A stretch of DNA of 64,000 nt from Lytechinus pictus (taxonomy: Eukaryota), in NCBI RefSeq assembly GCF_037042905.1, contig NC_087251.1:46254001-46318000 (forward strand), written 5' to 3'. The first letter of the stretch is position 1. Every line of letters starts with the position of its first letter. Of the stretch, positions 12,357-24,454 are shown piece after piece. The notes under the pieces are model-generated. The model did not search any database. It was not told the origin of the DNA and worked only from the letters and a program-made list of their open reading frames with translations. The translations under genes were made by a program, and so were the position numbers.

Positions 12357-13582
12357 TAGCATGACTACCTCGAAAGAGACAATTGGGCAGCATGTGTATG
12401 TATGATCATGATGACTAAACTTGGTCTAGACACCTAGGTGCTCAAGTTGTCTGCCATTCTTTTTTTCTCATCCGAATATGTAAACTTCTTACATTACGAG
12501 TATATATTTCCCACAAAGTATGAAAAACTTACATCAGCCCTGATGATGATGTTGATAATTGTGAAATTTATCTTTTACCATTCAAATTCGAAAATTTGCT
12601 TGCTCGGTCGCTACATGCTCCCTCGCAAATAACATCTAAATGCAGAATACGATATAAACGCTGTCTTAAAGTACGGGTATAGCAAGTCAATAATCACTTG
12701 CAATACAATAAAATGAATAGCGATTTATTTTTTCAAATAAGCCTTTATTTACTCTACTTCATCTAACACGAAAATTTTAACTCTAGATTTATCTATTTAT
12801 TTGTCAAAAGCTAGCGTTCTGAATTTGTTCATTCTTTAGGATAAATATTTGTTTTAAAAGAAAATGGTTCGGTCGCTCTGATATTCTCCCCGACCGATGC
12901 TAAAGAAAAAAAAGATATATAGTTAAGAGTCAGGATGTCGATTCATGTTTCAGATGGTGGGGGCGTTGAAAAAATACCCCAAATTTTCGGCGCGCTCGGC
13001 GCGCGGAATTTTAACAATAAAATGTTGCACATGAAGAGTGTCGAAAACATGACAATTCTCGTCCGCCTTGACTTGTGAAATCATATGCCCTCATCTGGAT
13101 GTATAACACCAATCAGGGACTGATAGGTGTCATGTATAGATGAAAAGTTTATGAAAAACATTCTCAAGCATTTTGAATGTGTGAAATTCAGCCCCATCCC
13201 TTACTTACACGGGCAGGTTAAATCCGGGATCGACGCTGGGGTATTTTGATAGGGGCGAGGGGCAAGAGAAAATAATGTCATCCAAATGAATTAAATTACA
13301 TGGGTATTAAATAAAGGAACACGAACATGGGGCCCGCTTCATAGATCTTGTCATAAAAACAAAATTTCAATAACAGATTCAAGCTACTGAAATGATTCGA
13401 TTTGATGGCTGATAGTGAAATTGTTACAGAAATTTGTTATTATAGCAAGTAAAATGAAATCTTACCCAGATTTTTTATATTTTCTTTTCTTCTTTTTTCT
13501 TCCTGTTTTTCTTTTTTTCTCTCTCTCACTTCTTTTACCCCTTTCCATTATAAGAAAAGCATGTCACCCCTGCCCCCTGTAG

Positions 13583-13711
13583 CAGGGGCCGCGGAAGCGG
13601 AGGGACTTTTTTCCAAAACCGTGTACAAAAACGTAAAAATGACCATATGATTGTGATTTTTTGCATAGTCAGCCCCCCCCCCCCATTTTGAAAACCATTC
13701 TGCGGCCCCTG
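13583..13711. mobile_element. Short MITE with CAGGGGCCGC termini
   Basis: TIR CAGGGGCCGCGGAA / TTCTGCGGCCCCTG, flanked by a TGTAG direct repeat (13578-13582, 13712-13716). A diverged relative is at 48242-48368. Confidence 0.6.
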
Positions 13712-14109
13712 TGTAGCACCGCCCTTGTTTAGTCTAGGTATGCCACGCTTAAACCGTTATCAAAGAAATACGGACAATAACTCACTGCTAGATATAAAGC
13801 GGACGATCGTCATGACACGTACTTAAAAGTTAATAACTGCCGGGAGTGACAAGTTAAGAATGTGAACTCGCTTATGTTGGCGCTGTTGTTTGCTCTAATT
13901 GTTTGAATTTCGTATCGCTCTCGAGAGCTTTTGTGATAAGGATCGTTGAGCGATATTATCGAACTTTGGAACATAATTCAATTGGAATGATCAGGACAAA
14001 ATTCCTAATTCAAGAGCTTCATCTAAGCATTGGAATGTGGAAATGATATTAAGGGAAATTGCAGAGCATTTCAGGTTATAAATATCATTTTGGAAGGGCC
14101 AGAGGAAAC

Positions 14110-17100
14110 ATGGCGAGGTTTAGTGAGGTAGTGTGTCGGGCGAGTGTCATACTTCTTGGCGTTATATCCTTCGGTGCAACTCTACCTATTCTTGAAAAAC
14201 ATATAGGAGAACATGGATCCGCAGATGCATTTTACCAAAAGGCTCAAGCCGCTGGGAAAACAATGAGGGAGCATTTGCCGGCGGTTAAACATGTAGTCCA
14301 ACACAAGCCGAACCATCTGAATCTGACGGCTTCGACGTCGTTGCAGCCTGACGAGATTTCAAAGAAGCTTAATGATTTGCAAGCAAAGTTTGAAGAGCTG
14401 TCGGAACAGAATGAGGCGATGAGACGAATGCTAGACGAGAAGGTTAACTTAAATCAGAATAAAGATGGACTCGTTGGGAAACTGAATAAAATATACGGGG
14501 AGAGCCCTGTCAGTGATTCCTTAGGCAAGCTCGCCAACGACGCTCATGCCGAAGTTGGCTTTGACGATGTGAAGGAGCAAGCTATCTTGTCTGAGTACAT
14601 CAGTAACCATCGTAACAGGTGATATAATATTTGTAATTTGGTTGATGTATCATTTCCCTTTTGTGGGGGGGGGGGGGGGTGCAGGCGAAGGGGGAATCAG
14701 ATCAGTGGAAAATCTACATTGGCAGAGCGTATTCTGAATAGGGTGAGGTATTCTTTTTTATGTCCACTGTACAAATCCTGAGATTTTGATTTTTTTTTTT
14801 TCAAATAGGAAATTAGGAATCACATGGTTGTGTGGCTGTTGTGGACTTGTAGATATAAATTTGATGGGTGAATGTCAGCACCTTCTTTACGAAATAAATG
14901 GGGTTTTGTTATTTTCTGCCCCTCCATTCTTACTCCAATCTAATATAACATTAGGCCTACTATTTGAAGTTTTGTTCTGTGTATATCCCACATGATCGTA
15001 ATCAGGTAAAAATATTTACGTTGGCCCAATATAATTTTTGTAATACGTTGCCAACATTAAATGCCGATAATGCCGACATTTGCGTGATGTTAGTCCAATC
15101 CAATGTCGGCCTTACACCGGCCGCGATGTTGCCGACGCTTACCGACATTGGCCGATTTTGGCCGACATTGGCCCAACGTCAGCTTCCTAGCCATGCTAGC
15201 TGGTACAGACCAAACACCGCATCACTAGCTGTCACTGTATCTGTCTATTCAAATCTACGAGGTCATGCGACATAGTACAACAAACGCGGACAATGGATCC
15301 TGTTGTCCAATATGTACTTTAAGAGAAACGTTTTCAATCTGTTCTTTTTAATGAAACACATATACTTAATCAAGCTAAATACATGTACGTATACTACCAT
15401 TATACAAACAAGGAAACAACAATTTGAGCCCGCTCTCAAGTCCCACCTTTAGTCAATGGATATTATGGTATCAGCCCTAAAGAAGGTATCCGTTGATTCC
15501 CGGGGTTGATTCCCATTAAATTGAATGAAATTGATTCAGCATATCCCTCAAGGAAACAAATCAAGTTCTACATTATACGAGAAAAATGGAAATATTCAAT
15601 TTCAGATGATGAAGTAAAAAGATACTGTGAATATTTTGTCGTCACCGACTCCCTCATTTTGAATAGCGCCAATGATGCGCACACCATTATCTTGTGAAAA
15701 TATCATTAAGGGAAATATGAAAACGTCATAACTTTCTCACTCTCAAATTCGATGAAAATACCAGTGCTGTGCTTGTTTTATTTTTCTGTATTAATATTAA
15801 AATTCATCGTATTTGTAAGGGTTAACTTAACATTCAGACAAAAGGAATGAATGTAAATTTCAGTTTGAAAAGAAAGTACTTGCTCTGCCGAATCAGATCG
15901 TTTGATTCACATGGTTGCGAAGTCACTGTTGACTATTTTTGCAATTGTAGAACTAGCTGGATATCTTGATGATGAATACCTAAATAATATCTCAAGCCCG
16001 CATTTTTAACATTAAAGGCAAGTTCTTTATCACTTTTATTTGCAGGGAAGCGGAATTGGTAAGGAAAATCCGGAATCAAACGCTATCTTCAAGTATTTCG
16101 TTCTTGAAAAACCGTCTTCGGCAAGATTCGTCCTCCAATGAGACCCAGGCGGCGGTTGACATAATAGCCAGGATTCTAGTTCAACTACGTGACCCAGAAG
16201 AATCGAAGTCATATGTGCACCTATCAGAGACCGAGGTAATGTAAGATGGTAGTAAAGAATTACAGTATTTAATCAATATTTTCAGCCCGCACTTTTGAAA
16301 CAAAGACAAGTTCTTGAAACGGAACTGTTTAGGAAGTTCCGGCATTAATCGTCCTAAAGTAGCTATAGGCCTATTCCGTTCGTGATAAACCAACTTCGGC
16401 AAGCTGTGATTAGTTTACAGGTTTCATATTTTTTAATGAGCGACCCCAAATGCTCAGTGAAACGGTTATCAATGATGGAAGAAAAGATGATAGGAATGGA
16501 TAAAAAGAAGGGATGAGGAGAGTGGGGAATGGGGTGGATGCAGGGGATAAACTTGGAGAAAGGGATTTGGAGGGGTGAAGAGGGGAAGAGTAGAACCGTG
16601 GAGGAGAAGGGAAGATCGGTATATGGGTCATTGTAGACTTTTCCCTTCATGTTATTACCATTATTATTATCATTTTTCATTGCCATTGTTATCATTATTA
16701 TGGTTTCATTATTGCCACCATCGTCATTATCATCATCATAATCATCATTCATCACCATCATCATCATCACCATCGTTGTCGTCGTCGTCATCATCATGAT
16801 CACCACCATCATCATCTGCATCATCATCTTCATCAATAATCATCATTATTATCATCATCACGGTCATCATCTTCATCTTCGTTTTCATCATCCATCATCA
16901 TCATCATCAGTATCATCATCATTATCACTGAGGTGCTATACCTGGCACTATGAGCTGGAAATATGATTATGATAACCCTTACTTGAGTATGAAATGATAT
17001 GTTATTTGATACCACTATACTGGTATACGACGATAATTAGTTCGAACCTTAACAACCTGACATTCGATTTCATATCCGGATATCGTATATATATCACATA

Positions 17101-20100
17101 ATTTGCTAATTAAATTCCGGCTTATTTACTTTTACAGGAAGTTCCTCTTCCTCATATTTTATTTGGTTATAAATCTGATAATATAACATTCTTCGTTTGC
17201 TCTGCTTTATTTAAATGATCATTGAATATAAATTTCTAAAGGCAAGTCTTGAAAATACAAAATCACAGCTTATTGCCCTCTCATTAATAACGACCTTAGA
17301 ATTGATGCAGTGGATACAGTCATATCCAAGCCCATTTCCACCATTTTCTTATAAAATAATGCTTTTACCGAAGCATGATATAAGGATATTTTAGGATGTA
17401 CAATATATAACATATTTTACTTTATTCAATGAATAAATCATTTCAATGTTTTAAAATGTATTGTTTAGTGTTAAATTATGAAATGCTCTTACACTCTGTA
17501 TGTTTGCAGGGAACCTGAATTTGATTTTTGATAATCCAATTTTTATTGAACTGGCCTTCCGATAAACCAAATTCAACTGTATTGAATGGATTGAATTTAA
17601 CAAATTTCATATATTTCTATGCTGTAAAAGTGTATGCGACGTGAGTATTGTGAGGCAACCCCATACTTGAAAAGGAGCGACATTCTCTATCGAATTTCAA
17701 GGTCTTCCCCCTGAAGCTAGCGATCAGTTCATGAATTCCTAGCTTTCTTAACCTCCTACCAACACCATTATCACGTAGATCTCACCGGGTGCTCCGAATA
17801 GAGAAGAATTCCAAAACGGATCAGCGAATGTCGTCAAAGAACTTGAACTTCACCCAGCCCTGGCATCCCGCACAGAACCGGCTTTAAACACCAACGATTC
17901 CGACAGAGGTGATTATTCCCCATTATCCATTCATTTAAGTTCCTCGAAATCGATTTAACACTACTATTTCTGAAGTGTTACCCCGGTGAAAGAAAGGGCA
18001 AGATTGTAATGCCATGTGCAATGTAAAAAGTACATCGATATATATACGTCCCACAACGCAAGTTTAAGAATTGAAACCAGTTCAAAGTCACGTCTCATCT
18101 TACCCTTCCCGATGGCAATTTGAACTCTTAATATAAGGAATTTAATCCTTATAATCAGTTGCACAGTCTCTTCCCTTAAAGCTACATTTACACACACACA
18201 CATACACCCTCACACACTCACACACACACACACACATATATATATATTTATCTGTAGCATATAGATGCAGGAGATGGGAAGGGGTGGATGATTTCCATGA
18301 CCTAGGTCTTCAAAAAAAATTACACAAGATACCAACCCCATTTCCATTCCCCGACGACCCTTCCCTTTCTCCAAATCGAATGCATGAAAAACTTTAATAA
18401 ATGAATGAATGAGTAAATGAATGAATAAACTGAATGAATGAATAAATGGATGAAAAATATGTAAATAAAAGAATAGCTAAATGAATTAATGAAATGATAA
18501 GTAAATGATTAAATAAAGAAATAAATGCATAAAATAAAGCAAGTAAATAAGTGCACTTCTGAGTGCTGATTTATCTCGTTCAAATTTGAGCTAGACAAAA
18601 TCAGCACTCCGAAGTGCAGTCACTATACACGCTCTTTAAGAGCTACATTAGCTCTTCGTTTTTTAGAGTGTGAATAAGTTTATAAATTTATATCTATTAT
18701 ATGGGATAGCTTGAATCCAGATCACTAAGGGCACTCCAGGGGTCTAGTGGTCATGACACCGGTCTAGTAATCCGGAGGTCGTGGGTTCAAATCACACCCA
18801 GTCTGCCTATGATTTTTTTTTTAGGTTTGCATCACGCAGCAGTTGCTGTGTTACCCTTGTGGTATTGTTAGAGAAACATGAATAACTTATACTTATTATT
18901 TAATTAAATTCAATTAAATTTATAACCTTCTCTTGACAGCGACTGCGGCATCGAGGAAGATTGCATTCTCTGTGGCAGCAATTGAACCACAGCTTGGCGT
19001 GTCAGGTGTTCCCCAGGCTGTCCAGTTTCAGGATATCTTAGAAAACATGGGAGAGGGTTTCCTTGCATCCAACCACACATTCATCTGCAGCGTCCCAGGA
19101 TGGTATTACTTTACATACAGGTAAGTAACTAGTGACCCTTGCCCTAGGAAGCGGGGTACAGGACCACCCCCTCCCCCATTCCCTCACGATTTTCTTGGCT
19201 TTTCTTTTTTTCTGACCAAAATCACCATTATTTAGGAGCAAAACTATTTTTGTGTGCTTCTAAATTGCTTTTTGACCAAATTCACCTTTATTCGGGAGTG
19301 GAAAAATCCCCGTTTTGCCTGTCATTTCCCCCCAAAACGGGACCCCCTTGCCATTTTTTGTTCATTGCACCCCCCCCCCCGCTTCTTCAAGTATGATAGT
19401 AAACTAAACTCCTTTTGGTAAATTTGATAAATGTCACTTTAAGAATATTACTTAGTTCAATTTGAATTGAATCTATTACCAAATTTAACTGGCATACATT
19501 CATATCAATGTAACATAATACATAGTATTGGGCGGCAGCTGGAGCTAATTTAGAAAAATTCTTAACATCTGTCAAAAAGTTCCTGCAAAACAGACAGACA
19601 TTGGTCTGCTTATAGGCTATTTGTTTGTCAAGATTTTCAAATGTTTAAAAGTTAATTTTAGTTGGATGCCAACATACACCCACTTCCATCTGCTTATAGC
19701 GACCAAGAACATCGCAATGACCTATGTATTGCTTAAGTTGGAAGACACTTATTCTATCTGTACATTTACAACATATTAATCGTATACAGCTTTTTCTTTG
19801 TCGAGTCTTCCAAAAGTTATAATATTAGTTTGGTGCCAACATACACGTACTCTCATCAGTTTATAGCTACAAGCACATCGCAGTGACCTATGGGATAAAC
19901 ACGCGCAGTGATGTCAGTCAATCCTCTTCGTAGTAACTCATTATCCAATCATTCCATCAATAAACGTCATCGAATTTTCTTTCCAAACTTCTTGTCTCAG
20001 CTTAAGGACCTTTCAGGGCAAGTACCTCAGCGTGCTCCTGATGAAGAATGCGGATTATGTAGTGGGCCTTTACACGGATAAAGACGACGTACGGAACACG

Positions 20101-20241
20101 ATGGAGACACAGAGCACGGTCATCTACCTCCTGGCGGGAGATGCGGTATGGCTCCGCCTCCCTCCTTCTGAAGATTTTGCTCTTTTCAGTGATAAGTACC
20201 GATATTCCACCTTTACCGGATTTTTACTCTTCAAAGAATGA
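14110..20241 (+). CDS. Secreted C1q-domain-containing protein (signal peptide, coiled coil, C-terminal globular C1q; no collagen), 416 aa
   Basis: Hand-spliced exons 14110-14618, 16046-16235, 17779-17908, 18940-19120, 20001-20241. GT-AG introns with phases 2,0,1,2; total 1251 nt. Hydrophobic N-terminus (ASVILLGVISFGATLP). gC1q hallmarks IAFSV, FICSVPGWYYFTY, LLMKN, LLAGDAVWLRL, YSTFTGFLLF. Confidence 0.9.
16660..16928. repeat. (ATC)n microsatellite in C1q gene intron
   Basis: Degenerate CAT/ATT repeats. Confidence 0.9.
18730..18807 (+). pseudogene. tRNA-Thr(AGT)-like pseudogene or SINE head
   Basis: GGTCTAGTGG A-box-like, anticodon arm CCGG(T)-CTAGTAA-(T)CCGG, T-arm GTGGGTTCAAATCACAC, GGCA...TGCC outer pairing, then an oligo-T run. 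The acceptor stem is imperfect. Confidence 0.55.
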
Positions 20242-21389
20242 TGAACTGAAAGGACAACGTCTGGATAAAGCAATATTCTATGATAATATGGCCCTTTTCA
20301 TTGGCCATTGTCATGTCTGTTTCCCTTTTTTCCTATCACGCCTCGTCTTCCTCTCTCCTTGGCGGAGAAACATGCTGCTTCTCTCAAAGTATTAGATTTT
20401 TGATTTTTTTTAGTGATAAGCACAGTTGGCTCTTTCAGAGAAAGAATTATGACTTGATTAAGCAGTATTATTTTTATAGAACTCTCCGAAATACACATTC
20501 ATAAACGCAGTAAAAACCACTATATATAACTTGGTTTACGATATGAATAGTATTATTTAAATTTGAATCAAATTTGAAATTCAAACTAAATATTTTTTAT
20601 TGTCACTTTCTTTAAAGTTATATCCCTTTTTATATGAAGAACAAAATGTGATTTTATTTACTAAACTAGGTTATATGAAATCTATAAAGGTTGTTTCATT
20701 TTGTGTTACTGTGCACACACACACACACACACACACACACCGCAAACATTTATTTATACAATGAAGATTACAAACGTAATAATGCATTGGAGTCTGAACG
20801 CCGACATTATTTTGTTGCTAAACAAATATAAATACTAAACAATATACGTACATAGATTTTCGACACATCGCGTCTTTAAAGAAAACGCAAATAGAAAATT
20901 TAGCAATAAACAACATTGGACTAAAATGCATTGTATGTATACGAGTACAATTATGTACATGATGTAGGCCTACGGGTGTGTGTGGGTGAGGGTGTTGTTG
21001 GTGTGTGTGATTGAGCGCTGCATCGCAATTCTAGCAACTAACCTACTTGGAAGTTATTTGTCTCATAACAGTAATATGCAATATATATATATATATTGCC
21101 CAATCACGAGATCAAATATTGCAATAGGAAACATTTTTCAAACTATTTGATTGACGTTATTATTCAAATTGCAATTGATTACAACTATATTTTTTATCCT
21201 TTATTTAATGCCATAGGGACATTGTTTGTGAGTCATATTGATCATAAATCATTATGTAAGACCCTACGCATGGAAATATATATATATATATATATACGTA
21301 CCTGTTAAACTTCTGCTACCGGCGGTTTCACGCCCGGACTTGAGGCAGACTGACGTTATTGGCTATTTGTGTGGTGCGGCGGGTCAATT

Positions 21390-21840
21390 CTCGCTACCCC
21401 AAATAGGAACAAAAATCTCATAATGCGCGAGACGAGATAATTTTCACTCCGTCGGGTCGTCATCACCACTTCCGGTTCAGAGTCATGCTCGCGCGAGGTT
21501 CGCAATACTGAGTTTTCCACCACGCTGAAATCGATGCCAATCAGCGTAATATGTACAGATTATAATACTTTTTATCTAGTTTGGTCAGTTTTGATTCCAT
21601 TTGAATTATAAATAAAAATAAAAAATATATTTCACGAGAAAATGTGAAAGAGAGGGTTGTGATCACGAACTTTCCGAGCGAAAGCGACGTTGTGCATGAC
21701 GGCACTGTTGATCTGAATGGCAAAACAGTGCATTGGACTTCCGATAAGGAAGTTGTAATACCGAAAAGCTATCCCATAATGCAATGCGCGTTACAGGGAT
21801 TTTCCCGGATCTCGGTGAAATCGCTATTTGGGGTAGCGAG
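21390..21840. mobile_element. MITE (451 bp, AATT TSD; Sola1-like) inserted into the Penelope ORF 3' end
   Basis: Perfect 17-bp TIR CTCGCTACCCCAAATAG (21390-21406) / CTATTTGGGGTAGCGAG (21824-21840). AATT on both sides (21386-21389, 21841-21844). Superfamily guessed from the AWWT target only. Confidence 0.8.
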
Positions 21841-23979
21841 AATTTGACGCTTCGGTGGTTTCCGGTTTGGTCTCGTTCGGTGTCTGCACTTTGAAATAAG
21901 TTCCGACCTTTTGTTTAGTGAGTTTCTGTTTGTTATTATGGACACTTTTTCCTCCAGGCAAAGATTGCACAAGCCACTTTTTCTTTGGTTTAAGTTTGAC
22001 TTTTTTTCGATTTCCCATGTTAGCGTAGATTCGATGTTCTTTTCCTTCAGATTCCATGTGTATTTTGAGAGTTGAGTTTCGTTCCGGTATCTTTCATGCT
22101 TAAATGATTTGAGGTGGTTTCTGTATCTATCTTTGAATGTCCCCCCTGCAAGCCCGAAGTAGTGTTTCTCTTCGTTGCCATGTCGGATCGTCGCCTTGTA
22201 TACCAGAGCCGTCTGCATACAGTTTCCTTGTAATGGACATTGGTTTTTTTGCCGACAGTTACATTTTGGCTTATTTTCCGCTCGTGGATTTGATTGCTTA
22301 ACAACTTTTTGGTTGTGGGTTTTTATTATGGTATCCATGTTTTTCATGCAACTGTAGCTAACCTTTATTGTGTTCTTATTGAATATTTGGTTCAATTTAT
22401 GTCCCTTGGGGAAGTGTTTCATTATTAGCTTTATGAATCTCCCTCCTACGTTGGTTTTCACTTCAGAATTGTAAGGTGGGTTAAACCAGGTGACTTTTCT
22501 ACTTCTATTTCTTCTTTTTCTTCCTTCTTCTACTGGTCTGATGTATTTGATGGTTTTGTCATACCCGCTTCTTTTCAGGGCGTCGTCGTATGCTGGCGCT
22601 GCTTTCTTGAATAGGTCTTCGTTAGAAGACAGTGTCGAGAGGCGCTTCTCAACGGCCGCAGGTATTTGGTTGAGGATAGGGGGTGGATGGTTAGATGCCC
22701 TATGTACGTAGGTCACCGTGTCATTAGGTTTTCTATATGGTTGAAAATCGCCTGTGTCTAGGTTGAGGGTGACGTCCAAGTAATCTACGATTTTTTGGTT
22801 AGTTTGGATGGTGATGCGTAGGCCGAGATCATTGAAGACCTTTATGAGGTCTTTTCGCGCCCTGTCCGCCCTGCTCCCTGATGCTCGTCGGAGTACCGCT
22901 AGTCCGTCGTCGCGGTATAGGCCTACACTATAGGTGTTGATTCTTTTGTTTAACTGTGACAGAGCATATAATCCTACGAGCTCGCAAATCTCGGCTCCGT
23001 CGTGGGCACCCATGGAAACATCAAATTGCTTTCGGCCTTCTCTTTTTTCCCACGCTTTGTTGTTGTTGTCGAAGAGCAATGTTCTCCTTGCGTGCATGAT
23101 CGTTTCCATTTCTTCATCTTCGATGGCAGTGAATTTCTGGGCCCAGCTTAGGCAGGTTGACAATAGCTCGATTGTGATGGAGGGGTAGAAGTCGATTATG
23201 TCAAATACAATAAATGATAATGATTCCTTGTCTGGTAGCTTTTTGAACCATTGTATTACATCGGCTGTGTTGGTCCACTGGTTTGGGTTGGTTTCTGCTT
23301 TTATTTGCTTGTTAATGCGATCAAGCATTATCTTGCTAACCCGGCCTAATTCGGGTTTCGTAGGGTTGATTAACCTGGCCTGGAGGTTGTTTTTGAAATT
23401 TTCCTTATGGTCTTTTAAAGTGATGAACGCTGCTTTTTCCGGTGTGTTGTTTATTCTATCACCGATGTCTAATTTTCTTGCAATCATTTCTGATTCACGG
23501 TCGATTTCTTCAATTATTTCTTCGTTGGCAGACTTGTATTTGCTTGTAATGTTCTCATTCAATAGCTTTTCGTATTTCCTGGGGGCCATCATGTATATGT
23601 TCCGGGTTTTGTCGGCATGAACGAATACTTTTTCTGAAGTATTAATAAGCTTAACATCTTCCCGGAGTTTCCTTTGGAATTGGTCATTTACCCGCCTAAA
23701 TTCCAACTCATCTACAATTCCTAATAAATCATTTTCAAAGTTTGTCATTTCATCTATCTGAGGGGGCGTGCGTTTTGATTTGAACCCAAATTTCTCTCTT
23801 TTGTCGTTTGCTTCGGTTTCACTTTGGCTTGTGCTGTCGTTTGCACTGAGGAAAAAATGCGCTCTCCATCTCATCCTTTTTATTACGCTTTCAATACTTT
23901 CTATTAGACATTTGATGTAATCTTTTCTTGGCGGAATTGGAATATTCTTACCGGAGTAATTTGCGTGAAACTGATCCAT
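21769..23979 (-). CDS. Penelope-type reverse transcriptase plus GIY-YIG endonuclease
   Basis: First ATG at 23979 (MDQFHANYSGKNIPIP). Motifs ADKT, FDIIDFYPSI, SMGAHDGAEICEL, YRDDGL, DYLDVTL, YVHRASNHPP, CNCRQKNQCPLQGNC, LVYKA..HYFG..FKDRYRNH, CNLCLEEK, LNKRSE..CRH. No internal stops. The last ~24 codons are read into the inserted MITE. Confidence 0.92.
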   Translation of the reverse strand: MDQFHANYSGKNIPIPPRKDYIKCLIESIESVIKRMRWRAHFFLSANDSTSQSETEANDKREKFGFKSKRTPPQIDEMTNFENDLLGIVDELEFRRVNDQFQRKLREDVKLINTSEKVFVHADKTRNIYMMAPRKYEKLLNENITSKYKSANEEIIEEIDRESEMIARKLDIGDRINNTPEKAAFITLKDHKENFKNNLQARLINPTKPELGRVSKIMLDRINKQIKAETNPNQWTNTADVIQWFKKLPDKESLSFIVFDIIDFYPSITIELLSTCLSWAQKFTAIEDEEMETIMHARRTLLFDNNNKAWEKREGRKQFDVSMGAHDGAEICELVGLYALSQLNKRINTYSVGLYRDDGLAVLRRASGSRADRARKDLIKVFNDLGLRITIQTNQKIVDYLDVTLNLDTGDFQPYRKPNDTVTYVHRASNHPPPILNQIPAAVEKRLSTLSSNEDLFKKAAPAYDDALKRSGYDKTIKYIRPVEEGRKRRNRSRKVTWFNPPYNSEVKTNVGGRFIKLIMKHFPKGHKLNQIFNKNTIKVSYSCMKNMDTIIKTHNQKVVKQSNPRAENKPKCNCRQKNQCPLQGNCMQTALVYKATIRHGNEEKHYFGLAGGTFKDRYRNHLKSFKHERYRNETQLSKYTWNLKEKNIESTLTWEIEKKSNLNQRKSGLCNLCLEEKVSIITNRNSLNKRSELISKCRHRTRPNRKPPKRQILATPNSDFTEIRENPCNAHCIMG

Positions 23980-24072
23980 CTCACCACACAAATGTAGACA
24001 AATCGTCGACAAGAAGAGTGCTCAACCAGTTGAAGGAGCAGGTTATATCCTTAGATGTGTAGATGCCGATGC

Positions 24073-24105
<33 letters not shown>

Positions 24106-24107
<2 letters not shown>

Positions 24108-24304
24108 AATTTTCCTCACCTCTGGTCTACCAATGGTTTCGCGCCTCGGTCACAGGCGGCTATTTCGTTGAAACATCGAGCACTTTCCCTGAACTATATA
24201 TATATATATATATAGGAATTTTCCTCACCTCTGGTCTACCAATGGTTTCGCGCCTCGGTCACAGGCGGCTATTTCGTTGAAACATCGAGCACTTTCCCTG
24301 AACT
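24106..24304. repeat. Two identical 90-bp units separated by (TA)n; Penelope-terminus-like
   Basis: 24106-24195 equals 24215-24304 (GGAATTTTCCTCACC...TTTCCCTGAACT). The - strand has GGCGCGAAACCATTGGTAGACCAGA, resembling GGCGTGAAACCGCCGGTAGCAGA at the 3' end of the adjacent element. Confidence 0.8.
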
Positions 24305-24454
24305 TGATACATTTCAATTTAATTTGTGTATATATACATGTATATATATATATATGAAGGTTAAGTAAATTGGCAGATATTAGTACATTTCCATGCGGTA
24401 GGGTCTTACATAATGTTTTACGATTAGCCACTCTTAACGTGCTAAAATTGTATA

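Larger units (their letters stand above)
21297..24074 (-). mobile_element. Penelope-like retroelement (probably Naiad clade), near full length, inserted in (TA)n
   Basis: Bounded by (TA)n at ~21277-21296 and 24075-24105. Contains a single long RT+GIY-YIG ORF and a hammerhead-like remnant at its 3' end. Clade assignment is from recalled motif patterns, not a search. Confidence 0.85.

Noticed and set aside
11957..12364. Poly-His, poly-Asp, poly-Ile and poly-Met ORFs (also 16363-17015, 30595-30792, 40882-41153)
   Set aside because: Translations of (ATC)n microsatellites. They are open in several frames only because the repeat lacks stops, and no splice context supports them.
18730..18807. Functional tRNA-Thr gene
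   Set aside because: The acceptor and D stems pair poorly, so it is kept only as a pseudogene or SINE head.
21769..23979. Possible selenoprotein-type Naiad ORF (UGA read-through)
   Set aside because: The ORF is continuous and its Cys motifs use ordinary Cys codons; there is no in-frame TGA.
23980..24012. ORF-track start at the TTG at 24012
   Set aside because: Bacterial-style alternative start codon; the first ATG is at 23979.
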